The notes: generated by a model not told the origin, from the sequence alone. A stretch of 64,000 nt of DNA from Chthoniobacteraceae bacterium (GCA_037190965.1 JBBCKI010000004.1:1-64000), one strand, 5' to 3'. Shown: positions 43,205 to 53,728, counted from the stretch's first letter. A program made the numbers and translations.

Positions 43205-45897
43205 TTGTCCCCTCCTTTCCTGAAGTCCACGCTCCGCATCAACTTGATCTGCCAGACCACAAAACCGATCAGCATTGCGCCCAACATCCACGCCTGCGCG
43301 GTCGCCATTCCAAATCGCAAAAAGACGAATGAGTTCATCCAAATTTCAAGCGCGGCGACTTGCGTTGAGAGATCCGGCCCTCCTCCCGTCATAATAAAAA
43401 TATTAGTCCATCCATGGGCGGAACCGATAAGAGCTCCAACCAGATTGATCATCAGAAGAGGCTTGAGATAGGGGAGGGTGACGTTCCATAGCTTTCTCCA
43501 GAATCCGGCGCCGTCGATCTCCGACGCTTCGTAAAGATCGGGGCTCACGCTCTGCAAGGCGGCGAGATAGATCAGGCACCCTGTTCCCATTGCCGCCCAA
43601 ATGCCAGGAATGATGACGCAAAGCATCGCTAACCTTGGGTCCTGGAGCCACCGTATCGGCCACTCCACGCGAAGAACCGCGGGAGCAATGCTGTTCCATA
43701 GCCCGATGAGGGGATCGAGAATTTGGTTGAGAACTCCATCTGGCGTCGGTTCGTAAAGAGTCACCCAGAGCAGCATGATCACCAACCCGCTGGTAACCGC
43801 GGGGAGAAAGAAAAGGGTGCGAAAGAGGTATTTGCCTCGCGGGATTTCGTGCAACAGAACGGCCAGCGCGATTGGCGCAAAGAAGCCCAACGCCACGGTC
43901 ATTCCGATAAACTTGAAGCTATTCCAGAGCGTGTACCAAAATCGGGGGCTCCACACCCCCTCCACAAAGTTAGCCAGCCCGACCCATTTAACCTCGCCGC
44001 TGAGCCGATAATCTTGAAAGGCCAGGAGGAGCCCGCGAACTGCCGGATAGTAACTCCAGAGCAATACACTCAACAGCGCAGGCAGGACCAAAAGCCAGAA
44101 TCCCAACTTCAGACCCGTGGCACGTTGCCGCCCTATCGAAGGATTAAGAGATCCTTTGGGCACCCCGATAGCGGCACGGATCCCCCACCCCATCGCGATC
44201 ACAGACCCAACAATGACCAACGACGCGACCCCCTTCTCCAACCACCCCTTGCCCGTTCCCGGTGCGCGCAAGATCCGTTGCTCGATGTCGCGCTGTACAA
44301 AATTCATCGCGGCGGGGATGTCGATCTCCGGACTTTCGGAGATTTTCCGAACCGTCCGGGCAAAAAACTCCGTCTGCGCCTGATGAAAGCCGGAAAAGTA
44401 AGGAATGACCCGCGGATTCCTTGTCGCCAGCCTGCTTAAGTTCACCCAGTTCGGCGACATCTTTGCCAATGCGTCAACATGCCCAAAGCGCTCCACATCG
44501 ACGGGAGAAGCAACATCAAGATGGCGATGCTGAACGAGGTAGTCGGTGCAAATCCGCGCCCAATCGGGACCGCATTGGAAAGCGAGAAAATCCCATCCCG
44601 CCTTGAGTTTTTCTCCGTTCAGATCGTTGTTCAACCCGAAAAGCATTGGAATGCAGCCCAAGCCTGGCTCGCTACCGGGGTCAAGCGCGGGCGGCGGCGC
44701 AAAGTCGTAGAACCCAGAAGATCGACCGAAGGCGGCGGCATTGTTGTTCTGAAGCATCATGAAGGCCAATTCACCGCTCATCAATTTGTCGATATTATCT
44801 CTATCTCCGGACAAATTCTGGGATGGCTGACAAATCCCTCTTTGGATCCCTCCAGGCACCGTCGTCAGGTCGATCAGCTTTCCTGTACCGGGAGAGCGGA
44901 TAGAGGCCCCTTTGACTTCAGCTTCGCTGAGATTGAGCGGTTCCCCCGTATGGGGATCTACAATCCACGGCTGCCAGCAGAGCTTCCAGATGGCCTCGAG
45001 AGCCCTCCGGGTGGGCTCTCCGTCGAACACGGTCCTCCACTTGACGGTGACTTCGCCTGGTTTGACGCCTAGTTCGCGGATCCGTTCGGCGACTTGATCT
45101 TCGGGTAGCACGCTGCCGAGGGTAACGCCATCGGAAGATCTGACGAGATCGCCCACTCCCGGCGTCCCTCCGGCCGACCAAAGAAAAGAGAAAAAGAGGG
45201 CATCCAGCTCCCGCGGCATGGCATAGATCCGCCTGCCATTGCTATTCCCACGGGTCTCACGATTCTTAAGGGAGAGCGCGCAAATCTTCTGCCCGGCGTA
45301 CAGAAATGACGCAAAGTCCTTCGGAAAATCATGCGGGGCCAGCCCAGCGGCCAAGAGGATATCGGGCCGGTAGACCATGACGCTAAACCAGTTACCCATG
45401 GGCAATGCATAGATATCGCTGCCTCGCATGCCCATCTGTCTAGACAAAGGAGGAATATCGAGCCACGGCTTCCAGCGGATTTCCTCCGGATCGAGCACCC
45501 CATCTCCATTCTCATCCTCGCCAATGAATTCATTCAGGCGCTTCAGAAAACCCTGGTCGACGAGAAACTGAAGCCGATGAACATAGGTAAAAGTCACATC
45601 CGGCGCCGACTTGGCCGCAAACGACATCAACTCCGAAGCGACGTCAAAGTCTCCCGGGACCCTGAAGCGGGACCACGGTTCAACGCCGATATTGGGATGC
45701 TGCTGCTGAAATGCAGCCAGCGCCTTGCCATTCGCCAGGCCCTCCGGCCACATTCCTACATCGAGCTTCTTGACTTTGAGCGTCGTCCGTCCGCTTCCCT
45801 CCTTTGCCGGCTTTGATCTTCCAAACATGAGCCATACGACGACAAACAAGAAGATCAGTGCCCCCGCTATTCTCAATGAACTCAACAGATTTCGCAT
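43201..45897 (-). CDS. Fused solute-binding protein + MalF-type ABC permease; paralog of 29952-32381
   Basis: N-terminal TM anchor, AAKSAPDV, IYALP, AGWDFLAF; LPALLSVLLWSYYP, WVGLANF, LYEASEIDGA, MTGGGP. Confidence 0.9.
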   Translation of the reverse strand: MRNLLSSLRIAGALIFLFVVVWLMFGRSKPAKEGSGRTTLKVKKLDVGMWPEGLANGKALAAFQQQHPNIGVEPWSRFRVPGDFDVASELMSFAAKSAPDVTFTYVHRLQFLVDQGFLKRLNEFIGEDENGDGVLDPEEIRWKPWLDIPPLSRQMGMRGSDIYALPMGNWFSVMVYRPDILLAAGLAPHDFPKDFASFLYAGQKICALSLKNRETRGNSNGRRIYAMPRELDALFFSFLWSAGGTPGVGDLVRSSDGVTLGSVLPEDQVAERIRELGVKPGEVTVKWRTVFDGEPTRRALEAIWKLCWQPWIVDPHTGEPLNLSEAEVKGASIRSPGTGKLIDLTTVPGGIQRGICQPSQNLSGDRDNIDKLMSGELAFMMLQNNNAAAFGRSSGFYDFAPPPALDPGSEPGLGCIPMLFGLNNDLNGEKLKAGWDFLAFQCGPDWARICTDYLVQHRHLDVASPVDVERFGHVDALAKMSPNWVNLSRLATRNPRVIPYFSGFHQAQTEFFARTVRKISESPEIDIPAAMNFVQRDIEQRILRAPGTGKGWLEKGVASLVIVGSVIAMGWGIRAAIGVPKGSLNPSIGRQRATGLKLGFWLLVLPALLSVLLWSYYPAVRGLLLAFQDYRLSGEVKWVGLANFVEGVWSPRFWYTLWNSFKFIGMTVALGFFAPIALAVLLHEIPRGKYLFRTLFFLPAVTSGLVIMLLWVTLYEPTPDGVLNQILDPLIGLWNSIAPAVLRVEWPIRWLQDPRLAMLCVIIPGIWAAMGTGCLIYLAALQSVSPDLYEASEIDGAGFWRKLWNVTLPYLKPLLMINLVGALIGSAHGWTNIFIMTGGGPDLSTQVAALEIWMNSFVFLRFGMATAQAWMLGAMLIGFVVWQIKLMRSVDFRKGGDK

Positions 45898-46126
45898 TTT
45901 GATAATCGCCGCAAATCCACGCCGAACAGCCTTACCGGCGGAGCGGCTCACAAACCGCTTTGCGCTTTCTGCGACAGTGGGCCCTTAACGCCCGCGCCTT
46001 CGCTAAAAGATAGCGAAGACGCAGGGAATACAGCGCCCCGATATTGATTGGCGTGTGAGAACGAGCCTCCGAAAATACCGGTCACGCATCCATCCTGAAA
46101 CGTCGGCGGCCCGGCCAATGATAAGC

Positions 46127-49100
46127 TTATAGTTTCTCCACCGCAGCCTTGTCGGACTTCAAAGTGCGATCCTTCAAGGAAATGCTCCCGGCGGCCCCCA
46201 GGCAAAGCACCTTTCGATTGCCCCGCATCTGAATAGATCCCACGGTCCCCGAGAAGGAAACATCGCCTTCCTTAAACTCAAAGGCATCGTTACTTAAAAA
46301 GACATAGTCGGTGCCTGCGGCGCTTTCCACCTTCACTCCCCTGCCATCTGCCAGTGAGGTAATCACGGGTGGATTCTCCGACTTAAGACGAGGATAGATG
46401 AGCGCACTAAACACTCGCCCCTTTCGCGCGGAAGCGATCACCCCCGTCTGGGTAAACGACGCCCCGGGAATTCCTCTTCCGCTCGGGTTCAACTCCGTGG
46501 CATGCCTTGTCTTGCTTTCGGTCGTCAGTTCCACGTTGCCCGGCAACAGGAACTGGATATCGGTATCGACATCATCAGCACCATGGACCAAGGCCCCTTT
46601 GGGAATGAGATCGACATTCTGACTAGCCAGCCACAATCTCCAGGTCGCCCGCTGGGTGGGGACGTCCGCCAGGGTGTCACAGATCAGAAAGTAATTCGGA
46701 GCGAGAGGATCTTCGTCCTTCACGAAAGTGATTTGACGGGTCCACCCCCCACATTCGCCGCGCAAGGCATCGAATGCCTCGCTGGTGAAGAACTCTTTCA
46801 CATGCATCAGAGGCCCGTTCAGGATAGACTCCAGCATGCTGTGGTCGCTGACCGGCTCTCGGCTTTCATACCCAAAGTCATCCGCTACGATTCGCCCCTT
46901 GCCCCAAATGGTGATACTTCCGGAATCGAAATCGTAGTGCTCAAAGTGTTTTCCCGCGATGAGGTGCAAGGATGTTTCCCTATCAGACGGGTATTTGTTC
47001 CGAAGAATCACGCCGGTTTCGGGAAACAACTCGCTCGTATAGGCAGGTGCCTTTTCCGGGATGCCGGGATCGATCAGCAGCTTCCTAAAGCCGTTAAGCC
47101 CTCCTGAGGCTTCCCTGGTGGAGGAGCCTTGCTGTCGAAACATCCATTGCATCTGCGATGCAAACTCCGGATCCTTTTCCTTCCACAGACTGGCAACAAG
47201 GCCGAATTGACCGAACGTTTCGTTGCGAAGAGTATTGCCTATCGGGGGCATATGCCGCAGACCGTAAAAACGGACATTGGGAGGAGTGGAAATTTTCGCA
47301 AACCACTCGATGACTTTCTTCATTTGTGGGTGGAGCACATACTCATCGAACCCGGCGTTGCGCGCCATCAGAAAGCTACTGAGGATCAGTTCATAGGAAA
47401 ACATGGCGTAGTGAGGCGCTTCCAACCATCCACCATTTACATCCGACCATTCAACGAGTTGCCTTTTGAGTTCAGCCAAGCCCGTTTCAACCCACTGGCG
47501 GGACAATGGATGAGAAGAGATCAAAAGACCCATGCCCACTTGATGCATGCTCACCACGGAGGTCATGTTTGGGTTGGCACGAAAACCGCGCTCCGGCGAC
47601 CAGTAATCCTTCCTTGCCAAAGTATATCCAAGAAACGCGGCTTGAGCCCGGACCTGTTCAATTCGCTCCTTCGGAACATCGCTGCTCACTGAAAGGTAAG
47701 CGTCCAGGTGATTCGGCAGATCCTGAAACGGATATTGACGATGCGGCATGGATCCAAACGAATAATGACTCTCCTGCTGAAAGAACTGATTGACCAGGTT
47801 CTGAAGACCTGTAACGGCCATGTTCAGATGACCTTGAAGGTACTGCGGATCAGCCCCGCTCAAGGCGTATCTCATCCTGCCATCAAGATCCAGCTTATGA
47901 GATTCGTCCTTGGGAAGAGCTGCCGGGAACTCCTCCTTCACGCGCTGAATGGCGGCAGTCGTCAGCAACATGTTCGGGCGCCGGTCTTCCCCCTCCCATT
48001 CCAGTACGTAGTCTTTGATCCGATTAAGAGGAAACTCGTACTTGATCACATATTTCTGAGGCAACGGCGCCTTACCTTTGTGTTCTTCCTTGAGAAGCGC
48101 CATACTCTCCTCCTTATCCAATGCGCCAATCATCCAGCGCCTCTCATTCTTTTGCAGCGGCAGTTCGACGAGAAGGTCATTGTCCCGATTAAGCACTTTA
48201 AGGGTGGCCCATTTAGGACGGAGGTTGGCAGGGTCCACCCAGACATCGGCATCCCGCGCCCCCAACATAACCAGATCCGAGTCGCGATCGTTGAAAACGG
48301 AGAACCATTTTCCGTTCCTGTTCTCCCACCAATGGGTCCATGGCGCCCAGGTAAAGACAGGTTCGTTCTGAGGAATCGATCCTATTTCCTCTCTGACAAC
48401 AGTCCTGCGTTTCGGTCCACTCCGATAAAAAACAGCCCCTGGCTCGAAGTTGCGCTTAAAGGAAAACATCCACTTTTTCTCCTCGGCCAGAGAGGAAGTT
48501 TCATCCACAAGCATAACGGGTTCACCCGCCTGAAGGCGGAACTTCATCTTCCACTCTTCACCCGCGGCAAATTTTCCGACACATTCAACCTCTGCAAATA
48601 CCGGGCCGCGCGTCACAACAGCAGCCCTCCATCCGCTAGGCGTCAAGCCCTCACTGAGTTGCGATCCTCCAATCCATTTCCCGGACTTAAGAAGAATCCC
48701 TTCAATCGGACCCTGCCTGCCGGAAACGTGCTTTCGCAAGCTGACGCCAGTGAGGCCATTGGTTAGCCGGATACTATCGGGCGTCTCTTCGATTTTGATT
48801 CCATTCTCATTGTTTGCTGCTTTCTGCGGATCAAACTTATAAGATCTTTTCTCAAAAGGCCCCAAGTTGGCAATGAAAGCGATTCTAGCTGGGTTCTTGT
48901 CGTTTCCTTCGATCAACTGATAGGGAATCCCATTCCCCTCGGGATCAACGAGAGCTTTGTTTCCCTTGGCAAGCGCCAACTGATCTTTGGAAAGAGGAAA
49001 CTCGACCAGTTCATTACGCCACTCTTGCTTCAGGTAGTCCTTCAATTGGAAGGCGGCTTCGTCCTTGGCGGCCAGTCGGGAAGGCTGCGCCAATAGCAAA

Positions 49101-49138
49101 CTTAGAGGCAGAAAAAAAATCCAACACCGTATCTTCAT
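46127..49138 (-). CDS. Large secreted protein, heparinase II/III-like (putative polysaccharide lyase)
   Basis: Signal peptide; NGGWLEAPHY, PPIGNT, FPETGVILR, HFEHYDFDSGSITIWGKG..ADDFGY, HS; beta-rich C-terminus. Confidence 0.65.
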   Translation of the reverse strand: MKIRCWIFFLPLSLLLAQPSRLAAKDEAAFQLKDYLKQEWRNELVEFPLSKDQLALAKGNKALVDPEGNGIPYQLIEGNDKNPARIAFIANLGPFEKRSYKFDPQKAANNENGIKIEETPDSIRLTNGLTGVSLRKHVSGRQGPIEGILLKSGKWIGGSQLSEGLTPSGWRAAVVTRGPVFAEVECVGKFAAGEEWKMKFRLQAGEPVMLVDETSSLAEEKKWMFSFKRNFEPGAVFYRSGPKRRTVVREEIGSIPQNEPVFTWAPWTHWWENRNGKWFSVFNDRDSDLVMLGARDADVWVDPANLRPKWATLKVLNRDNDLLVELPLQKNERRWMIGALDKEESMALLKEEHKGKAPLPQKYVIKYEFPLNRIKDYVLEWEGEDRRPNMLLTTAAIQRVKEEFPAALPKDESHKLDLDGRMRYALSGADPQYLQGHLNMAVTGLQNLVNQFFQQESHYSFGSMPHRQYPFQDLPNHLDAYLSVSSDVPKERIEQVRAQAAFLGYTLARKDYWSPERGFRANPNMTSVVSMHQVGMGLLISSHPLSRQWVETGLAELKRQLVEWSDVNGGWLEAPHYAMFSYELILSSFLMARNAGFDEYVLHPQMKKVIEWFAKISTPPNVRFYGLRHMPPIGNTLRNETFGQFGLVASLWKEKDPEFASQMQWMFRQQGSSTREASGGLNGFRKLLIDPGIPEKAPAYTSELFPETGVILRNKYPSDRETSLHLIAGKHFEHYDFDSGSITIWGKGRIVADDFGYESREPVSDHSMLESILNGPLMHVKEFFTSEAFDALRGECGGWTRQITFVKDEDPLAPNYFLICDTLADVPTQRATWRLWLASQNVDLIPKGALVHGADDVDTDIQFLLPGNVELTTESKTRHATELNPSGRGIPGASFTQTGVIASARKGRVFSALIYPRLKSENPPVITSLADGRGVKVESAAGTDYVFLSNDAFEFKEGDVSFSGTVGSIQMRGNRKVLCLGAAGSISLKDRTLKSDKAAVEKL

Positions 49139-49181
49139 ATTCAATCGTCCAATCTGTAAGCTCTATCGCAAAACCACCCAA

Positions 49182-52100
49182 TCAGCCGTTGACTCGCCTG
49201 GTTCTTCCAATCCATCCCAGCGTCAGCCCGAGTCCGGCGATCCATAGCACAGCAGAACCAGGTTCCGGCACCACGGTGAATTCACTCACATATCCATAAA
49301 CAGGGCCTCCGTCAAAATTCGCCATCTCGCGGACGGTATCAATCTTGAATGTAAGGAGACCGCCGTAGAGATCGTAGTTAACCTCATTATAGGTCACTTC
49401 ACCTTCTGGATTGAAGAGATAGAATGTGAACGCAGCGTTTTCGATCTGATCGAAGAAGGAGGCGTCGTTATCGGTGTAGAACCCACCCCTGAACGAATCT
49501 CCAAGACTCAAAGAACCGACGTTCAGATAGATGGCGACCGAGTTATTGGCACCCAGCGCGGTGGTGAATGGGGTTTCTCCCGTCAGTCGAAGAATATCGT
49601 TCACACTAGCGCTGCTATTACCGTAATTCGGGGAACCTGTGCCTGTGAACTCAAATGCATAGTCGAGGCCATCTTTCGAATCCGTCGCCGTCGCCGTCAG
49701 GATGCCAGGACTGTTGCCAGGACCGACAAGACCGCTTCCGCCGATCGTGCCAAGCCGCCCGCGCCCATTCAAAACACCGTTAACGGTGACGTTCGCCGAC
49801 GTATTAATGAATCCGTCGACCGTCAGAGTGGCTCCAGATGCCACTGAGACGCCCAAGGTCTGAGTTAAAGATCCGCTCACAAGCAACCGCCCCATCGTGA
49901 CCGTCGTGGTTCCGGTATAGTTATTGTTGTTGCCCGCGATGGAGAGTGTTCCGCTACCCGTCTTGACAAGACCACCCGCTCCACTCCCCAGATCAGATTT
50001 CATCACTGTGTTACCCGCCCCACCCACGGTCAACGTCCCGGTAAGCGCGACGGTGTTTCCTGCGGTTGCGATCGTGAGTGTCTGGCCCGCGGTCACCGTA
50101 TCGATACGCCCTCCACCTTCCTTTACAGAAAGCGCTCCATTGAGAGTCCCCGACAATCCCACGTAGTCGAGTCGCCCGGAACTGGAGGTAGTGCCCAACT
50201 GCACATTCCCACTGCTGCCGATATTGCTGCTTCCTCCACTAATGTCTACCGAAGAAACCCTCAAGACACCTTCCTCGATCAGAGTCGCCCCGATGTAGGT
50301 GTTTGCGCCGCTCAGTTCCAAAGTCCCCGCGCCTACCTTCTGCAGGGCGCTTCCCGCACGACCGGTGATAACTCCCGAGACATCGGCGTCCACAAGGGCG
50401 CTTCCGTTACTAACCTCCAACGTGCGTTGTAAGCCATTAAGATCAATCCCATTAACCCAGGTCACCTTGTGATCTGAGGTCACGGAACTTAAAAGCAAAC
50501 GTTGATAGGTCCGCAGAAAATTCGTTGTAGAACCCCAGATGTAACTGGCACCTGCCCCCCCTATATTGACGGTAGCATCAGCTCCATAGGCCCCAAAACC
50601 TCCAGAGGCCTCTTCCCATGCAACCTGCCCTTGTCCCGTACCCAAGGCGCGGGTAAACAGGGAATTCCCGGCACTGAGTTCCACCAAGCCTCTTCCTCCG
50701 AGACCGAAAATCAAGCTACCGGTGCCCAAGGCGTTGCTCCCAGCAAGCCGTAGCGTATTCTGACCAGCAAGAGTTGTGGCTCCGCTATAGCTGTTACTCC
50801 CTGAGAGCACCGTGATTCCAGTACCGATCAGTCTCAATCTGGTGTTCGTCCCCCCGCCGTTAGAGATATCACCAGTGATCCAAGTTTCTCCACTACCACC
50901 GATCGTCAAGGTATTATCATTCCCTGATGCGGACGCGCTAATAGGCCCACTGATGGTCAGCCTCTTTCCGGGTACTATATCATTGGTCAAGGCAACCTGC
51001 TTACTTCCTGTTGCCCCTGTGACAGTCATTCCGTTAGTAAACGTCAAACTGTGGCTTCCACTGAATGCTGCAATGATCGTGCCACCAGCGCTGGTGGCAA
51101 GATCAATAGTATTTGCAAAGGCTCGGTCTCCACCGCCTGCCTGAACAATGCCTCTATTGAATACCAGCAGCCCTCCCCCAGCCAGGGCATGATCGCTGGC
51201 TAGGACAAGGGTCGGCGCTGCTCCTCCGGCACCTACGGTTGTAGCGCCGGTGTAGCTATTACTCCCGGAAAACGTGACAATCCCGGCCCCCTGATGAAAT
51301 GTTACGCTGCTGTTAAGTCCACCGATGATGTTACCGCTTATCAAAGAATCACCAATGGCAGTTATCCTGAAGTCATTTGCGGCAGCGCCATTGGACATAT
51401 TGATGGTGCCGGAGATGGTCAGCAGTTTCCCCGGATCCAGCCTGTTGTTAAATCCTCCGGAGGTAGTGCCGGCGTCGAAGTTCACGCCGCCAGTGAAGGT
51501 CAGGCTGTTACTTCCACTAAACGTCGTACTGAATCCGCTACCGAAATCCAGGCCATTACTGAAGACACGATCAGCCCCGCCAGCCTGAACCACATTACCA
51601 GCACCCTGAAGGGAAAGACGAGCGTTTTTGCCAAGAGCATTATCACTGTTCAAGACTACCGTTCCCGCCCTCACGGTTAGAGAACCGGCGGAGGTGTCTC
51701 CGCTAAAAGCATTACTGCCAGACAGCGTTAGCGTTCCCGTTCCACTCTTAGCGAGGTTCTTAACTTGAATGCTGGAGGTGACGTCGATATTTCCGGCCCC
51801 GGTGAAGCTCAACACGTTGGTGGAATCAGGCCCCACAATATTTCCGCCGGCAATGGTTAGCGTCTGCCCCTCGGTCGTGACCTCGATAGTCTGGTCGCCG
51901 CTCCAGGCCATCGTGAATCCTCGGGTGAAAGTTGCGCTACTTCCAGTATAAGAAAAGGTTGCACGCCCGCCGCCGCCAAGAGTAACGGCGCTCGTTCCGC
52001 CTCCCAGGCTGGCGAGATTGGATAGTTCCAACTTGCCGGTCTTGATGTCTACATCCCCTGTGAAAGTATTGTTTCCAGAGAGAATCCATTTTCCACCGTT

Positions 52101-52709
52101 CGTTTTTACCAGCGAAGTCACATACCCGACGCCATCCGCTATGGTGCCCGCTACGGTGTTTTCGCCCGTGTTGCCGCCGCGCAGAGTAACCACCGTATTC
52201 GCTGTACTGGAGCCGGTGATATCACCCAAGGTAAGGGTGGCCGATGCGGTGCTGCTCGAACTGTCAAAAAACAGCGCATTCCCGCCAGCCTTGATCGCGC
52301 TATTAAAGCGTTGCGCCGCAGTCACGCCGCTGGCAATCGTAATGCCAGCATTTGCGGCCGTCGTATTGCTCAGATATAGCGGCCCTCCTCCAAAGATAAA
52401 AGCCCCTGCTCCTGCATCGAACCTAATCGCGCCCAGAGCGCGATTTCCATCAATCGTGATGGCGGTATTGGTGCCGTTGGCAAAGGTCGCCACGTCAGCG
52501 GTGGCTGAGGGTGTAAGATTCCCCGGAGTAGCGACATTCCAGTTAGAAGCTACGCCGAAGGTTCCGTCCGTTACACCTGTCCATGTCGCGCTTGCAGCAT
52601 GCAGATGCGACTGTGATGAAATCACGGGCAGTGCCAAAAGCAACGCCATGAATAGCTTGGAAGATGAACGACCTAAATGGTGGGGGGAAACGCCATGAAT
52701 AGGAGTCAT
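49182..52709 (-). CDS. Large PEP-CTERM protein with ~6 autotransporter-associated beta-strand repeats; start re-chosen at ATG 52709
   Basis: Repeats such as LQKVGAGTLELSGANTYIGATLIEEGVL; VGPGNSPG; C-terminal VPEPGSAVLWIAGLGLTLGWIGRTRR. Confidence 0.92.
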   Translation of the reverse strand: MTPIHGVSPHHLGRSSSKLFMALLLALPVISSQSHLHAASATWTGVTDGTFGVASNWNVATPGNLTPSATADVATFANGTNTAITIDGNRALGAIRFDAGAGAFIFGGGPLYLSNTTAANAGITIASGVTAAQRFNSAIKAGGNALFFDSSSSTASATLTLGDITGSSTANTVVTLRGGNTGENTVAGTIADGVGYVTSLVKTNGGKWILSGNNTFTGDVDIKTGKLELSNLASLGGGTSAVTLGGGGRATFSYTGSSATFTRGFTMAWSGDQTIEVTTEGQTLTIAGGNIVGPDSTNVLSFTGAGNIDVTSSIQVKNLAKSGTGTLTLSGSNAFSGDTSAGSLTVRAGTVVLNSDNALGKNARLSLQGAGNVVQAGGADRVFSNGLDFGSGFSTTFSGSNSLTFTGGVNFDAGTTSGGFNNRLDPGKLLTISGTINMSNGAAANDFRITAIGDSLISGNIIGGLNSSVTFHQGAGIVTFSGSNSYTGATTVGAGGAAPTLVLASDHALAGGGLLVFNRGIVQAGGGDRAFANTIDLATSAGGTIIAAFSGSHSLTFTNGMTVTGATGSKQVALTNDIVPGKRLTISGPISASASGNDNTLTIGGSGETWITGDISNGGGTNTRLRLIGTGITVLSGSNSYSGATTLAGQNTLRLAGSNALGTGSLIFGLGGRGLVELSAGNSLFTRALGTGQGQVAWEEASGGFGAYGADATVNIGGAGASYIWGSTTNFLRTYQRLLLSSVTSDHKVTWVNGIDLNGLQRTLEVSNGSALVDADVSGVITGRAGSALQKVGAGTLELSGANTYIGATLIEEGVLRVSSVDISGGSSNIGSSGNVQLGTTSSSGRLDYVGLSGTLNGALSVKEGGGRIDTVTAGQTLTIATAGNTVALTGTLTVGGAGNTVMKSDLGSGAGGLVKTGSGTLSIAGNNNNYTGTTTVTMGRLLVSGSLTQTLGVSVASGATLTVDGFINTSANVTVNGVLNGRGRLGTIGGSGLVGPGNSPGILTATATDSKDGLDYAFEFTGTGSPNYGNSSASVNDILRLTGETPFTTALGANNSVAIYLNVGSLSLGDSFRGGFYTDNDASFFDQIENAAFTFYLFNPEGEVTYNEVNYDLYGGLLTFKIDTVREMANFDGGPVYGYVSEFTVVPEPGSAVLWIAGLGLTLGWIGRTRRVNG

Positions 52710-53026
52710 GCCTTCTTTTTTATTATGATTACACATTCGGTCAAGAAAATTTGTTCCCATTTATTTTAAACCTGCCGAATTTTTGAACCTTCATATCAAT
52801 GCAGCCCGCCCTTCTCAAAGATCACGGAACTGGGATTCACCGGGAACGAGAGTCACCCCCCCCCGGCCAACCTCCGGACTCTATCTCCAATTTGCGCAAG
52901 ACTTAGGGCAACTTCTTGATGATCGGCCATCTCGGGCCGATCCAGCGTTTTGAATTTCAAAGCCCTCATTCAACCTGTTTCATCAAAAGTATTGACAGAA
53001 TTTATACCCTATTGTTCCATACCCTA

Positions 53027-53665
53027 ATGCCACGATCTCCATTCCCCCTCACGATCTCCCTTCTTTTACTCGCCCTCTTCGGATCGCAGTCATGGGCCGC
53101 GGAAAACCTCTTCGAAATTGGCCTCGACGCCCCTGCCCAGACACTGATAGACGGCGTTCCTTTGGGCTGGATAGCGCGGCCCGCTGTTCCAGGATACATA
53201 CCCGCCAAGGAGTTTACGTTTACGGAGGATGCTGAAAAGTCAAAGGACAGCAAAAAGCCTTTCACGCGTCTAAACATCAAGGGCGAGGAAGGGTTCTTTG
53301 TTCTTGAGTCACACAAGATCGTGATTCCTGAACCCGGTGACTATCGGTTCTCAATGGAGCTCGATAGCGCATTTTCGACCTCTCTTGGCATCAATTTTCG
53401 TCGGCAGCCCCACGCTCAGGAAGAGCCCGTGATCATCTACGAGGCTCCCCGGGGAGTGAATGTTTATAAGTCGAAGTTTTCTGCCGAAATCATGAGATCA
53501 AGTTTTCCTCCCGGGGATTATCACGAGGTCGTTCTACACCTCACAGTGCCGCCTGGGGTGGAGTCGATCGTCATCAATCTCCGTTGCAGGGTCACCGAAA
53601 CGGATGGCAATACCCTCGCGTTCGGAAACGTCAAGTTGGAAAAGGAGACCGAAGAGGGACACTAG
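53027..53665 (+). CDS. Secreted hypothetical protein, possible beta-sandwich/CBM-like; start re-chosen at ATG 53027
   Basis: Signal ..LLLLALFGSQSWA|AENL; PGDYRFS, LTVPPGVESIVINL, FGNVKLE. Confidence 0.65.
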   Translation: MPRSPFPLTISLLLLALFGSQSWAAENLFEIGLDAPAQTLIDGVPLGWIARPAVPGYIPAKEFTFTEDAEKSKDSKKPFTRLNIKGEEGFFVLESHKIVIPEPGDYRFSMELDSAFSTSLGINFRRQPHAQEEPVIIYEAPRGVNVYKSKFSAEIMRSSFPPGDYHEVVLHLTVPPGVESIVINLRCRVTETDGNTLAFGNVKLEKETEEGH

Positions 53666-53728
53666 GGCACCACAGATTAAAGCAAGCGATGCCCCAAGCT
53701 GGTTATGCTCCATTCAGTCAGCGATTCC

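Noticed and set aside
46002..46035. Hairpin CTTCGCTA-aaaga-TAGCGAAG in the gap between the lyase-like and ABC genes
   Set aside because: Single copy, no U tract; cannot distinguish a degenerate REP from an mRNA-stability hairpin or chance.
52992..53023. TTGACA upstream of the 53027 gene as a sigma70 promoter
   Set aside because: No acceptable -10 at 16-18 bp spacing.
53657..53665. GGACACTAG at the end of the 53027 gene matching the MITE TIR
   Set aside because: Only 9 bp, it encodes G-H-stop, and it has no matching left end upstream; probably coincidence.
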